A stretch of DNA of 64,000 bases from an uncultured Candidatus Peribacteria bacterium (GTDB taxonomy: Bacteria; Patescibacteriota; Gracilibacteria; RBG-16-42-10): NCBI GenBank assembly GCA_964514565.1, contig CAZERA010000001.1, positions 434,001 through 498,000 on the forward strand, in the 5' to 3' direction. The position numbers were made by a program, and so were the translations under genes. Under the pieces are notes generated by a model. The model worked only from the letters and a program-made list of their open reading frames with translations, searched no databases and had not been told where the DNA came from. This document shows, one piece after another, positions 11,501 to 19,204 of the stretch (the first letter of the stretch is position 1; the number at the start of each line of letters is the position of its first letter).

Positions 11501-14500
11501 GGACTGTTGTATACACAGCACTATTGTTGTCTCTTTGAGTGATTTGGAATACGGCTGTGCGAGCTGCATTGGTGCTATCACGGTACATTACTTGGATTTC
11601 ATTTGGCTTGTCTGTTGCTCCAAATGATACGCCTGTTCTCTGCACATTGCGGAGACGTTCGAGTACAGTATGACGAGTAGCATACACCTGGATAATGCGG
11701 CTATTTACTGCTGTCAGTGCTGCTTCAGCTACTGCATCATGATCTGGCATGCCGATTACACGAGTATCAGCATTACCTGTTGCTGCATGATATTGGACGT
11801 CGATTGTAAATGTACGAGCAGGTGAACCGTAGTGTACTTCTACACGACCAGGTTGATTAGCAACTGGAGCCATAGTGATATTGGCAGTGGTAACAGCAGT
11901 ACGTAAGTATCCTAGTAAATTGGTAGTAGCTTCATTGCTGAGAGTATCAGCAGTTGCTGCTACTTGATCCGCTGCTACTCGTTCTGCTTCAGGATGTTGG
12001 GCACTAGGGGCCTGAGGTTGTTCGTGTCCACCAGTATGTCCATTTGATGAACCACCATGACGACCATGATGTCCATTTCCTGAGCCATGATGACGATTAC
12101 CATGTGCTGTTGGAGTCGTGCTTGCCTGTCCGGCGGCACTTGGTGCTGGAGTAGCTACGGGAGCTGTCACTCCTGCTGCTGGTGCATGACCGAGTACTTG
12201 GGTGAGCTGAGTACGATCAGCGGCGTTGAGATGAGCATTACCTAATAATTGAGCAAGTGGTACACGAGCTACAGCTGTGCTTTCGGCATGACCATGTCCG
12301 GCTGGACGATGGAAACGGACGAGCATGTCTGATCCATCTACCTGAGTATCGATTTGATCTCCTGGTAAACTATGACCTTGATGTGCTGCATCACGAGCAG
12401 CGGCTACAGCAGCGTTGTTTTGTAATGAGTTTGCAATGTAGTTGCGTTGATGATCAGTAAGGTCTCCATAACGAGCATCTAATACTGCCATCATACGACC
12501 TTCACGACCACGACCGCTATTTTCTCTAGTCACAGTACCAGCATCGAGGTAACTACCATCAGCGACAGCAGGAGCTGTAGCTGGGTGTTCGCCTGGAGCA
12601 CCAGGTACCGGGGCTGGTTGGCCAGGAGTGTCATGACCTCCAGCACCAGGAGTACCTGGTACAGAAGGATGATCACCACCTGTGCTTGGAGCAGCAGGGT
12701 GTCCACCGGCAGTGTTTGGTAATGTGCTATTTGGATCAATTGCACCAGGATTTCCTGGAGTGGTAGTAGCAGTAGGTGCTACAGGAGCATGACCAGCAAC
12801 TTGGGCTACTGGGGCACCTGGGTGACGTACTTGGGCTACATCCACAGCAATTTGATGACCGATTTCACGTAATACTTGCATTGGGCTAGCATCACGAGCA
12901 GGCACTGGTTGACCAGTCAATCTGTCGAGACCACGAGCTGCAGTATCAAATCCTATTGAACCGATCAAATGTGCTGGAGCTTTAGCGATGTTGAGCATAC
13001 CTTCATAGGCAGCAGCCAAACGAGGTGCGTCTAGGTGGATATGAGTCATTGGAACGTTGACACCTGTTGTCATAGCATGTTCGATACCACGAGTAACATG
13101 ATCTACAATCCAGCCATCGACAGCCATTGCCTGATTCATGTAGACCTCAGTAGCACCGATTTGGAAACCAGTTTCAAGTGGATTTAAAGCCATCTCTTTC
13201 AGACCACCTACTACAGCATTGAGACCAGCTTTGAATGCTTCACCAATACCAGCTTCTGCATTCGCACGTTCTTTACGAAGGCGAGTAGTATCAGCAGGAT
13301 TGAGTGTAGCTTCCAATGCTTGGAAATGAGCATAGAGTTTTTCTACTACTTGAGCACCATTACCACGAGCACTAATTGAACCAAATATATCTTCTTTGGC
13401 ACCGATTTGATTACGGCTCATGCCGGAAATGAAACGAGAAAGGATGAAAGCGACTGGTTGAGAGACACTAAGATACTCTCTCCATGTAGCAGGATCTTCA
13501 TGTGGCTCAGTAGTCGGTTGGTTTGGTACTAATGCTTTCAATTCATCTGCCAATTTGGTCAAACCTTGGCCGTCAACTACACTTGAAAGTGCACGTGAGA
13601 GCCATGCTTCCATTTGCTTGTCTGCTTTTTCAAGATTGCGAGTTGCTGGAGCATAGAGCTCGACAATTCCTTCAGGTACATTCATACCCATGAAAGTCTT
13701 TTTCGCAGCAATAGCGCCATAGAGATTCTTGACTAAAACAGTTTCCTTGTCTGCGTCATTGTGCAATGAGAACAAAGCATCACGGACACCTTCATGTACA
13801 CGAGCAGCAGCTATTTTGCCAGCGGCTGTTGAAGCAGCAGCTACAGCTAATACTGACAGACTTGGTGCGAATAAAGCAGCTTTTTTAGCTGCAGCTTTAC
13901 CAACCATGAGTGCAGCACGATCACTGATTGTGCGTCCAAGTTCTGAAAGACCACTTCGATCTAGACCAGTCATGACGCTACCAAGCCATTCACTACGGTT
14001 ATAGGTATCTACAGAACGATCACGAAGTGAAGAAATGTGTTCAGCCTCTCTGATAAATTTATGTTGTAAAGCCTCAAGGTGATTGAGCACTTCAACTGGC
14101 ATATCCATCGCTGGAGGAGTGATAGCTGCTAATGAAGCTGACAATGTGCGTACTAAGGTCTCTACCGCCTCGAAACGTTTTTCAGGAGTTTTCTGAGTAG
14201 TAATTTCTTTCAAGAAAGCGTCATATGCATTGATATTGCTTGCTACACAGCCTTCAGCTGCAGTAGTGAGAGCGGCTGTATTACTTGATTCAACAGTGGC
14301 ATGTTGCTCAATCGTATTTCTAGCTGCTAAGCCGTCTTTATATTTAGTGACTTGAGCTGCATCTGACTCACGAGTCCAACGATCCAAAGCGGCAGCTTTG
14401 AGACCAGCAGCGAATGGTTTAGCCGTAGCTTCAGCAATACCATATTTGTTTTTAAGCTCTGTTTCTACCATACCTTCAATGCTGTTGATCCATGCATTCA

Positions 14501-17327
14501 CAATTGTTTGAGCATTAGCTACCTTTGCAGCATCAGCTACATCGATATTCTGTTCATACATCTCAATATAGTGAGACAACATTTGATCGATAGAGATGGC
14601 AATATCCTTACGGAATTGTGCCTCTTTTGCTGCATCATTGATCTCAGTAAAGACTGCAGTAGCATATGGAGCAGCTGGCAACTCTACTTGTGCCTTGGTC
14701 CTTGCTTCAATCGCTGCTAACTCTTGTTCAGCTTGCGCAATATATTTATCAAATTCAGCTTCGATAGTAGTACTACCATTCACAATCACTGGATTTGATT
14801 TGAGTACTCTGAGTTGACCAATAAACTTGCTTACTTCATCCTGCGCCATTTCATATTCAGTTCTCACAACTACCGATCCGACTGTTGTTGAAGCACTAGG
14901 AGCAGAAGTATATTCAGCTGGAGTGAAGGTTTTTTGGGCAGTTACACGTAATTTTTCTAAAGCCCTTGCAAGACCTGGCAGCACATTATTCATAAGGTCT
15001 TTTGCTTCAGCATTGTCAGCTGGTACACGAGTGACGGCACTAGCTAAAGCTGGAGTGAGACGTGCTAGTAATGTAGGGTCATTGCTGAGCAATTTACGTA
15101 CATCACGAGCTTGTTCTACATTTTTGTTGCGACTAGAACGCAATGCTTCATCACTAAACTCCATTGCGATCTTGGTCATCTCTCTGCGCATCTCTGACTC
15201 ATGGAAAGCATTTTCATGCTCAGCCATATCTACACGACGAGCAGCATCGAAACGATCAGCGAGCGCATCAGTTTTGATTACCAATTCCTTTACTGCACGA
15301 CCAATACTTGGGTCAAATAAGAAATCTTGGCGAATATGTTGGTCCTTGTCCCGGATAAATTTACCGTCAGCATCATATTGAGGTTCACGACGGAAGAAGA
15401 GGTCACGAGTCAGTGCCATGTTGGCAAAACCAGGGAAACGGAGCTTAAATGGTCCCACCATCAAGCCCTCGTTGCCATTGGTAAAGAATTCAGCAAATCT
15501 ACCTCTGCCAGTTGCGAAACGTTTAGCTACACCTTTAGTATGAAGTTTGTCGAAATTAGTCAGAAGAGTAAATTCACGTTCTGGACTATGTTCCTCATCC
15601 CATTCTTGTTTAGCTTGGGTGCGACGCATTTCATTGCTCTTTTCTTGTAATTGACGGAGTAAGTTCATCTGCGCCTGAGGATCTACTTTGCCTAATGTTT
15701 CGTAGACATCGCTAATCTGTTTGTTCTCTGGTTTAGCTAAAAACTCTTTAATATTAAACACTGCTTCAAGATGCTTCTTCTTGCCTTCTTTACCGAAGAA
15801 GCCACCCAATACGCCCTTGAGTGCAAGATCTTTGACTGAATTGACACCCAGTCTCAAAAGATATGAACCAAGGACACCGGTCACTCTAGGTAGAGTACCA
15901 GCAATACCAAGTACGATATGGGCACCTTCACCGATTGTATAAGCAGCTGCACGCCCTGCAATTCTGCCTAAACGTGACTCACGGCTCTCAGCAAATGACC
16001 ATAAACCTTCGCGAATCTTTTCGCCAAGTTCATTGATTCTTTTACCTGCCTCAGCCAACAAACTAAAAGATACTGCATCTACACCAGCAGTAATACCACT
16101 AGCAACTGTATCTAATTTGCTCCAGAATCCAACGCTATTGGTCCATTTTGATTTCAAACTTTCAAAAATACCTTTTTCAGGTCCTTTGATATAAGCACGT
16201 TGTTTTTCAACAGTATTAAACTCACCTGGATTAGCAGCTACATATGCTTCACGTTCTTGACGGGTATTAGCTGTGCGTACTTCTTCGCCAGATGGGCGCA
16301 AGAATGGGTCAAGATTAGCGACATTTTCACGAGCAAGATTGAGTGTCTCACGCAAACTAGCACGAGTAGTAGTTCTAACTTTAGACTCAGCTTCTACAAT
16401 GTCTGGCTTAGTATTGATTGCTTCTTTTGGTTCACTTGGTTTGTGAATATACAAGCTAACATTGAGTGGTTTATCTTTGAGAGCTGATACACCGGTTCCA
16501 TCGATATTCTTATGAGCAGCTAAAAGTTTAGCCATCACAATACAGAGATTTCCGCCTGCTTCCTGCACTGCTTTGCTGATTACATCAGCTTTGAGATCAC
16601 CATCTAACACTACTACTACCTGATTTTCTTTGAGATCAAGTGGTGGCAGTGATGTCACATCACCGTTTTTCTTGGTAATTGCTTTTTTATCGCGAGACAA
16701 TCTTCCTGCTTTTGTGCTTTGAGCGACTGTGCCATCTGGATTCAAGATATAAACCACACATTTTTCGCCTGCTTGGTCGATATGCAAAGTATTTTCTTTG
16801 ATATCACAAGCAATGAAACTTACTTCTTCTTTTTTATCGAGATTTTTTTGTAACTCCACCCCAGCTTTAGTTGCACGGACTACAGGATCTTTCTCAGCAT
16901 CTTTGTCTACCAATAATTTTGCTCCATCTACTGCGTTCTTTAGTGATTCAGCTGTCTTGGCTTTGTCACCCCCATTTGAATGTGTCATTACAATGCTATA
17001 GCTGCCTTCTCTTCCATCAAGAGCGCCTGCCATAGTATGAGTATTGTCATACAAGCTACTTTGGATAGCTACACCATGAGCCAAGATACCTACTTTAAAT
17101 ATAGCAGGATTGTTGGCCAAGATTTCTGGACCTTTGCCAACCATGTCCAAAGCTACGTGCGTAGTAGTACGCATTGCTTCGAGCTCGGCTTTGGCAGCAG
17201 TGAGATCAATGCCAGTAAGCGCTTTGCGAGCGCCACTAGCTAGAGCTTCCCAGTGTGGTTTTTGTAACTTATCAATCTCTTCAGGATGACTAGTTGTTGG
17301 AATACTTGATGGTGCTTTGGTAGACAT
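5511..17327 (-). CDS. Giant (3938 aa) Ala/Thr-rich protein of unknown function
   Basis: Uninterrupted 11.8-kb ORF; no classical signal peptide; helical N-terminal third, Pro/Ala/His-rich linkers, Gly-rich amphipathic beta region. Confidence 0.9.
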   Translation of the reverse strand: MSTKAPSSIPTTSHPEEIDKLQKPHWEALASGARKALTGIDLTAAKAELEAMRTTTHVALDMVGKGPEILANNPAIFKVGILAHGVAIQSSLYDNTHTMAGALDGREGSYSIVMTHSNGGDKAKTAESLKNAVDGAKLLVDKDAEKDPVVRATKAGVELQKNLDKKEEVSFIACDIKENTLHIDQAGEKCVVYILNPDGTVAQSTKAGRLSRDKKAITKKNGDVTSLPPLDLKENQVVVVLDGDLKADVISKAVQEAGGNLCIVMAKLLAAHKNIDGTGVSALKDKPLNVSLYIHKPSEPKEAINTKPDIVEAESKVRTTTRASLRETLNLARENVANLDPFLRPSGEEVRTANTRQEREAYVAANPGEFNTVEKQRAYIKGPEKGIFESLKSKWTNSVGFWSKLDTVASGITAGVDAVSFSLLAEAGKRINELGEKIREGLWSFAESRESRLGRIAGRAAAYTIGEGAHIVLGIAGTLPRVTGVLGSYLLRLGVNSVKDLALKGVLGGFFGKEGKKKHLEAVFNIKEFLAKPENKQISDVYETLGKVDPQAQMNLLRQLQEKSNEMRRTQAKQEWDEEHSPEREFTLLTNFDKLHTKGVAKRFATGRGRFAEFFTNGNEGLMVGPFKLRFPGFANMALTRDLFFRREPQYDADGKFIRDKDQHIRQDFLFDPSIGRAVKELVIKTDALADRFDAARRVDMAEHENAFHESEMRREMTKIAMEFSDEALRSSRNKNVEQARDVRKLLSNDPTLLARLTPALASAVTRVPADNAEAKDLMNNVLPGLARALEKLRVTAQKTFTPAEYTSAPSASTTVGSVVVRTEYEMAQDEVSKFIGQLRVLKSNPVIVNGSTTIEAEFDKYIAQAEQELAAIEARTKAQVELPAAPYATAVFTEINDAAKEAQFRKDIAISIDQMLSHYIEMYEQNIDVADAAKVANAQTIVNAWINSIEGMVETELKNKYGIAEATAKPFAAGLKAAALDRWTRESDAAQVTKYKDGLAARNTIEQHATVESSNTAALTTAAEGCVASNINAYDAFLKEITTQKTPEKRFEAVETLVRTLSASLAAITPPAMDMPVEVLNHLEALQHKFIREAEHISSLRDRSVDTYNRSEWLGSVMTGLDRSGLSELGRTISDRAALMVGKAAAKKAALFAPSLSVLAVAAASTAAGKIAAARVHEGVRDALFSLHNDADKETVLVKNLYGAIAAKKTFMGMNVPEGIVELYAPATRNLEKADKQMEAWLSRALSSVVDGQGLTKLADELKALVPNQPTTEPHEDPATWREYLSVSQPVAFILSRFISGMSRNQIGAKEDIFGSISARGNGAQVVEKLYAHFQALEATLNPADTTRLRKERANAEAGIGEAFKAGLNAVVGGLKEMALNPLETGFQIGATEVYMNQAMAVDGWIVDHVTRGIEHAMTTGVNVPMTHIHLDAPRLAAAYEGMLNIAKAPAHLIGSIGFDTAARGLDRLTGQPVPARDASPMQVLREIGHQIAVDVAQVRHPGAPVAQVAGHAPVAPTATTTPGNPGAIDPNSTLPNTAGGHPAAPSTGGDHPSVPGTPGAGGHDTPGQPAPVPGAPGEHPATAPAVADGSYLDAGTVTRENSGRGREGRMMAVLDARYGDLTDHQRNYIANSLQNNAAVAAARDAAHQGHSLPGDQIDTQVDGSDMLVRFHRPAGHGHAESTAVARVPLAQLLGNAHLNAADRTQLTQVLGHAPAAGVTAPVATPAPSAAGQASTTPTAHGNRHHGSGNGHHGRHGGSSNGHTGGHEQPQAPSAQHPEAERVAADQVAATADTLSNEATTNLLGYLRTAVTTANITMAPVANQPGRVEVHYGSPARTFTIDVQYHAATGNADTRVIGMPDHDAVAEAALTAVNSRIIQVYATRHTVLERLRNVQRTGVSFGATDKPNEIQVMYRDSTNAARTAVFQITQRDNNSAVYTTVPAGVEAQSLPLMREVESAIRNSVAPTIAPSNTVSNNIETGDREELVDHLLGAIDNSNSQESHDDAIDSTRQDLFETDASETADRARLETELTAARRALVIEPGSNAGELEARFIDAQNVAHTLTYRVATDADGKHIIYLPQVTDATREVSNNIVSQIRSYYNEEGTEVVENSTASTTTPVANAAPAAAPTVNPAPTPSAAPAAPAATVAQTARQTVTNPAATVASAAAPVTAAVADPVASVHNVLGSLGANDNHPAAAPAPTPAAARPAPTPAPSAQVAGTRTTDTGSGNGLDAHAFDGLDGDVPLTGDDDEPTGPTAGPTSGPQRPTGTGSSGGTSGNAGRTAPRAEVRGARVAAPSATPPAAAAAQAGEQHTLVERQADAAHPEAVATRPPVEPGEINHPASYNIRHAVIEAYNNEAAVNDHLRLSARVNPSGGILIQGTGPNAHDDVTLMTHPNADGSLRVIRVVGINGTGFSDTVAHLNTAVANRPLREVLAILSERIAPESATAIRAGNDTSVISSVVRAHTEAYSSEREAAQNAVHFQGIVTRTELDHEFSNADSHAVGAWLDNVNQETRIATVRSDLLGSGYLMDQIRAFVATAHNNRRVSFDQYPWARGISEERVLRAVVAALKEDGTLSTKDLTESLGIPSGDDTTSPEMQTFLHPLREIAEYAGLHLKLNPQFASNSESGDQTEDRRVAHSEVEITDPEDTYEQGGAQRTTAVIHSLADIDSDETITTPRDASHIESDQIVRTNLNTILTESDIRGRLDDLRRNHTTAPGTFDDNAFLADVELLRQSGERYLNSNRARSQRLEIPEGRNSPVILGETLDATLDNRQRMAIRYGMALAVERGTPIVRAVAGLREVAAREAAPHANGQLTTTLSAAERATLHEVVGSIPEQADLQAYSVEQLHQLETHLRDRINAATQAGRSVPTSELPLLGRIMAIAAERELLTTNADPIAQDIANRINAAHQNNPEMAVSAARIREQLLHFGAGAAFHNTTFQGAGVGISKEFSFPSDNGRHNFTVGLDFGVAGSPDGVGVGGGAHANYTFRVTRGVDLMVGAVAGVGTANLTPGVAAGVYAGVRARISNSVDVVAMVNGSITVAGFSYGAILGLQYNATHAFEGMMRDLQQEVGATVRPEDGAPVEMQNRVVAQYGIAPEENRAAILANRAEVERRYALVFAALEDTSLEHSVRNGITGGGVGIGMINGVPTFGPYIRLTFGAGMYYEIRRAPNGELHTAFHNAFQEAVREASLNQSESGTTTVVTRMSREVVAPQVGTDHAGQAHVISGTGHIRETVLGGVTDAAARERAVLAAMSGSHLRLEGNRISIENPIDNVEYRIVNANVPGLTLAAASDGNSATLTLPANNNFNIVRIHARGLEANAVNQTEREIIMFCPADMPTSEMEAMAEEATLRTRDFVAIEHLTGQPTRFTTGQYDTRQQAAVASATPAQTAPVASSDLPTANRDSALTDAEMGDLNALDAHATPQDLALESAVYNYIINHPNHLSTFRNRSDVGTADPATLEAARLQVIHHLLNQADFPLHGHEFTLRYDMERLLDELTDAANLTDISHRSLAQQRAAVARRVGLSSNNFASIHPSGDAAALAGIRESNTRMRAAAGTMTTRIGESAVAGLTEYTEATLAPRHLERTPAGTAGYIVVGSEHGGFTRRQVPGGAAIITLAEHYDLQSSHRDGTAMTASETAMARMFLRETYNQRDALVQSNALYLNMLSPTERAVLSSAETMRHTIQTDTLGRMPASSTHAARQAAVAGALEHNAAYQALIHGAEYTRLTANEAAFATNVRTQLERGVRSFTVTMPGDRVYTINLHARVTRGIYVADANKDTHPNVGHCGNEFVFSQVNLTLTQNGEVVAVGTRPMHMDLELRRTGEGTLDNGTSITAGGTFGVQSSPPQPEADHREGGQEPDHMEGGNVNTERNENLPNNTNAGPTPDTYGPIGPTPNEAGAMPNGAGAQPNIPPVQVPQGSSTVGNTPDTY

Positions 17328-17368
17328 ATACAGGGGTAAAGGTAAAGATGGATTTTAAAATAGATGGA

Positions 17369-17713
17369 CTAATTGAATTTTTTGCTCACACTCACAAACA
17401 ACTGATCGAAGAAAGTAACCAACTCGGCGTTGAGGTTCGGGATTTGTTCTTTTAGGTAATTGGTAATTAAATTTTGAGGTGCTTCAGTCGCCATTAGCAG
17501 ATAGAGCTTTTGAATCGCTTCAGCAGAAAGGTGTTCTAAAACAAAAACATCTAGTTTCTCACTAGTATTAGCAAGGAGCGCATTATAGTACTCAGCACTG
17601 ATCTCCATATCGAGACCTTGGGCTGCAAATACACGGCGGACAAAGCTTGCTGCTAGGTCGTCACCGAGAAAACTATAAAGCTTGGGAGTTGTGGACACTG
17701 TGGGAGAAGCCAT
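17369..17713 (-). CDS. Small helical protein, DUF5663-like
   Basis: 114 aa; ...VLEHLSAEA...NYLKEQIPNLNAEL resembles the CPR DUF5663 pattern (recalled, not searched). Confidence 0.55.
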   Translation of the reverse strand: MASPTVSTTPKLYSFLGDDLAASFVRRVFAAQGLDMEISAEYYNALLANTSEKLDVFVLEHLSAEAIQKLYLLMATEAPQNLITNYLKEQIPNLNAELVTFFDQLFVSVSKKFN

Positions 17714-17954
17714 AGAGATTTTTAAGTAATCATGTAATTATAAATCACTTTGATTCTCTTAGCAAGCCACTTAGAGAAAGATAATAAATAAGAGGGAAGA
17801 GGTAAGAAGTATTGTGGCTTTAGGGTGACGAAAGAGCCCTTCTAAAATTGCAAGAACTCCACCGGTTCATGAATACCTAGGCGCGTCGAAATGGCCTTGT
17901 CCGCATTGGCGGACAAGTTGCCCATACCATTTTTTACCTCTTCCATTTTACCTT

Positions 17955-18812
17955 TTACTTCCTGATAAACACTTTCTCTGGGATACGTAGGTCTATATAT
18001 TTGATTTTAACTAAATCTTTTTGAATTTGGCCGTAGATGTCCATCAGTTTGCCGACCTGAGTGTCTACTGTAAGCTCGGTGTCGAACCATAAAGATAAGC
18101 CTTTGTCTGTTTCGAAATGGATTTCTTTAGCCATGGGATGCCAAGTGGCTTGCGTAATTGTAAAGCCGATTTTCTCTTCCAATAATGCTTTACCTACTAT
18201 GAAGTATAAAATCTGATCTGGTGAGAAAAGCTGTTGATTGACATAGAAAGTCTCCAGTGTGGTCGTATCATCTGGTTTTACTAATACCTTGAAAAGGGGA
18301 CTGTCCAGGGTAGGCACAGTCTTTACTACTACGCCGTCTTCATTGACCAGGCCAAACATATCTTTGCCAGGCAGGGCTAGGACAATTGCTTTCTCGGCTA
18401 CATTTACTCGTACCGTCTCTGGGTAGATCATGTCTACCTGTACATCTTTGAGCCTAGGAATGGCACTGAAACCAAAATTACGAATGCTGTGTGATGTATA
18501 GAGCAAAATATTTTTGCCTACCAATGACTGAAAGGTTTGTTCTACTACGTGCTGATCGAGAGAGGTGATACTACTACTATTGGTGACGATCACTTCTTTG
18601 ATCTTGAAAAGAGGCGACAAGAAAAGCGTATAGCCTGCAATAGCTAGTGAAATCGATACCAAAACTAAACCAAAAACAAACTGTCGGGATTTGCGTTTGG
18701 CTGGATCACTTTTGGCGGCGCTATCAGTGACTTGCTTCAACTGATGCTTACGAAACAGTGAACTACGGGAAATTCTTTTTTGCGATTTTTTACGAGAAAA
18801 AAAAGCTTTCAT
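17955..18812 (-). CDS. ftsQ: Cell division protein FtsQ/DivIB
   Basis: Basic N-terminus, single TM helix, POTRA-like FKIKEVIV...YPETVRVNVAE, C-terminal YIDLR. Confidence 0.85.
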   Translation of the reverse strand: MKAFFSRKKSQKRISRSSLFRKHQLKQVTDSAAKSDPAKRKSRQFVFGLVLVSISLAIAGYTLFLSPLFKIKEVIVTNSSSITSLDQHVVEQTFQSLVGKNILLYTSHSIRNFGFSAIPRLKDVQVDMIYPETVRVNVAEKAIVLALPGKDMFGLVNEDGVVVKTVPTLDSPLFKVLVKPDDTTTLETFYVNQQLFSPDQILYFIVGKALLEEKIGFTITQATWHPMAKEIHFETDKGLSLWFDTELTVDTQVGKLMDIYGQIQKDLVKIKYIDLRIPEKVFIRK

Positions 18813-19204
18813 GAATGAAGTGATTGCAAGTAAGACTCTAATATATACCCTGCTGCTGCGCTATCATCGTCGAAATTTTGACGTTGTTTCTTTTTGAGTC
18901 CTAGGGTCCAAACCAATTCTTTGGCTTGTTGGGTACTATTGTCCTCAGCAAAAAAGACCACCGGCATATTGCATTTCTTTTCAATTGCTTTGGCTAGTTT
19001 CTCACTAGCTAGGCGGACCTCTAGACTACTAGATCTGCCCATCACGATCATGCCTATTTTCTCTACCGCGATGAGTTGATTGAGTTTGTTGAATACCGTC
19101 TCAGTGTTGGGCAAGGCTTCACGAGCAAATACAAACGACTGAGTATCATCGCTAATAGCGGTGCCGATTTTGCTAAGTCCGAAATCAAGAGCGAGGAGCT
19201 TCAT
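18809..19204 (-). CDS. ruvX: YqgF/RuvX family nuclease (putative pre-16S rRNA nuclease)
   Basis: LLALDFGLSKIGTAISD, IVMG, EDNST, DSAAAGYILESYL motifs. Confidence 0.9.
   Translation of the reverse strand: MKLLALDFGLSKIGTAISDDTQSFVFAREALPNTETVFNKLNQLIAVEKIGMIVMGRSSSLEVRLASEKLAKAIEKKCNMPVVFFAEDNSTQQAKELVWTLGLKKKQRQNFDDDSAAAGYILESYLQSLHS

Noticed and set aside
870..17243. Many short plus-strand ORFs opposite the two large genes
   Set aside because: Antisense shadows of long coding frames, with no motifs
17812..17936. HDV-like, pistol or hammerhead ribozyme, tmRNA or SRP RNA
   Set aside because: Only isolated words match (GGGCAAC, TTAGGG, GAAA, TTCGAC); the required stems and conserved cores could not be built by eye
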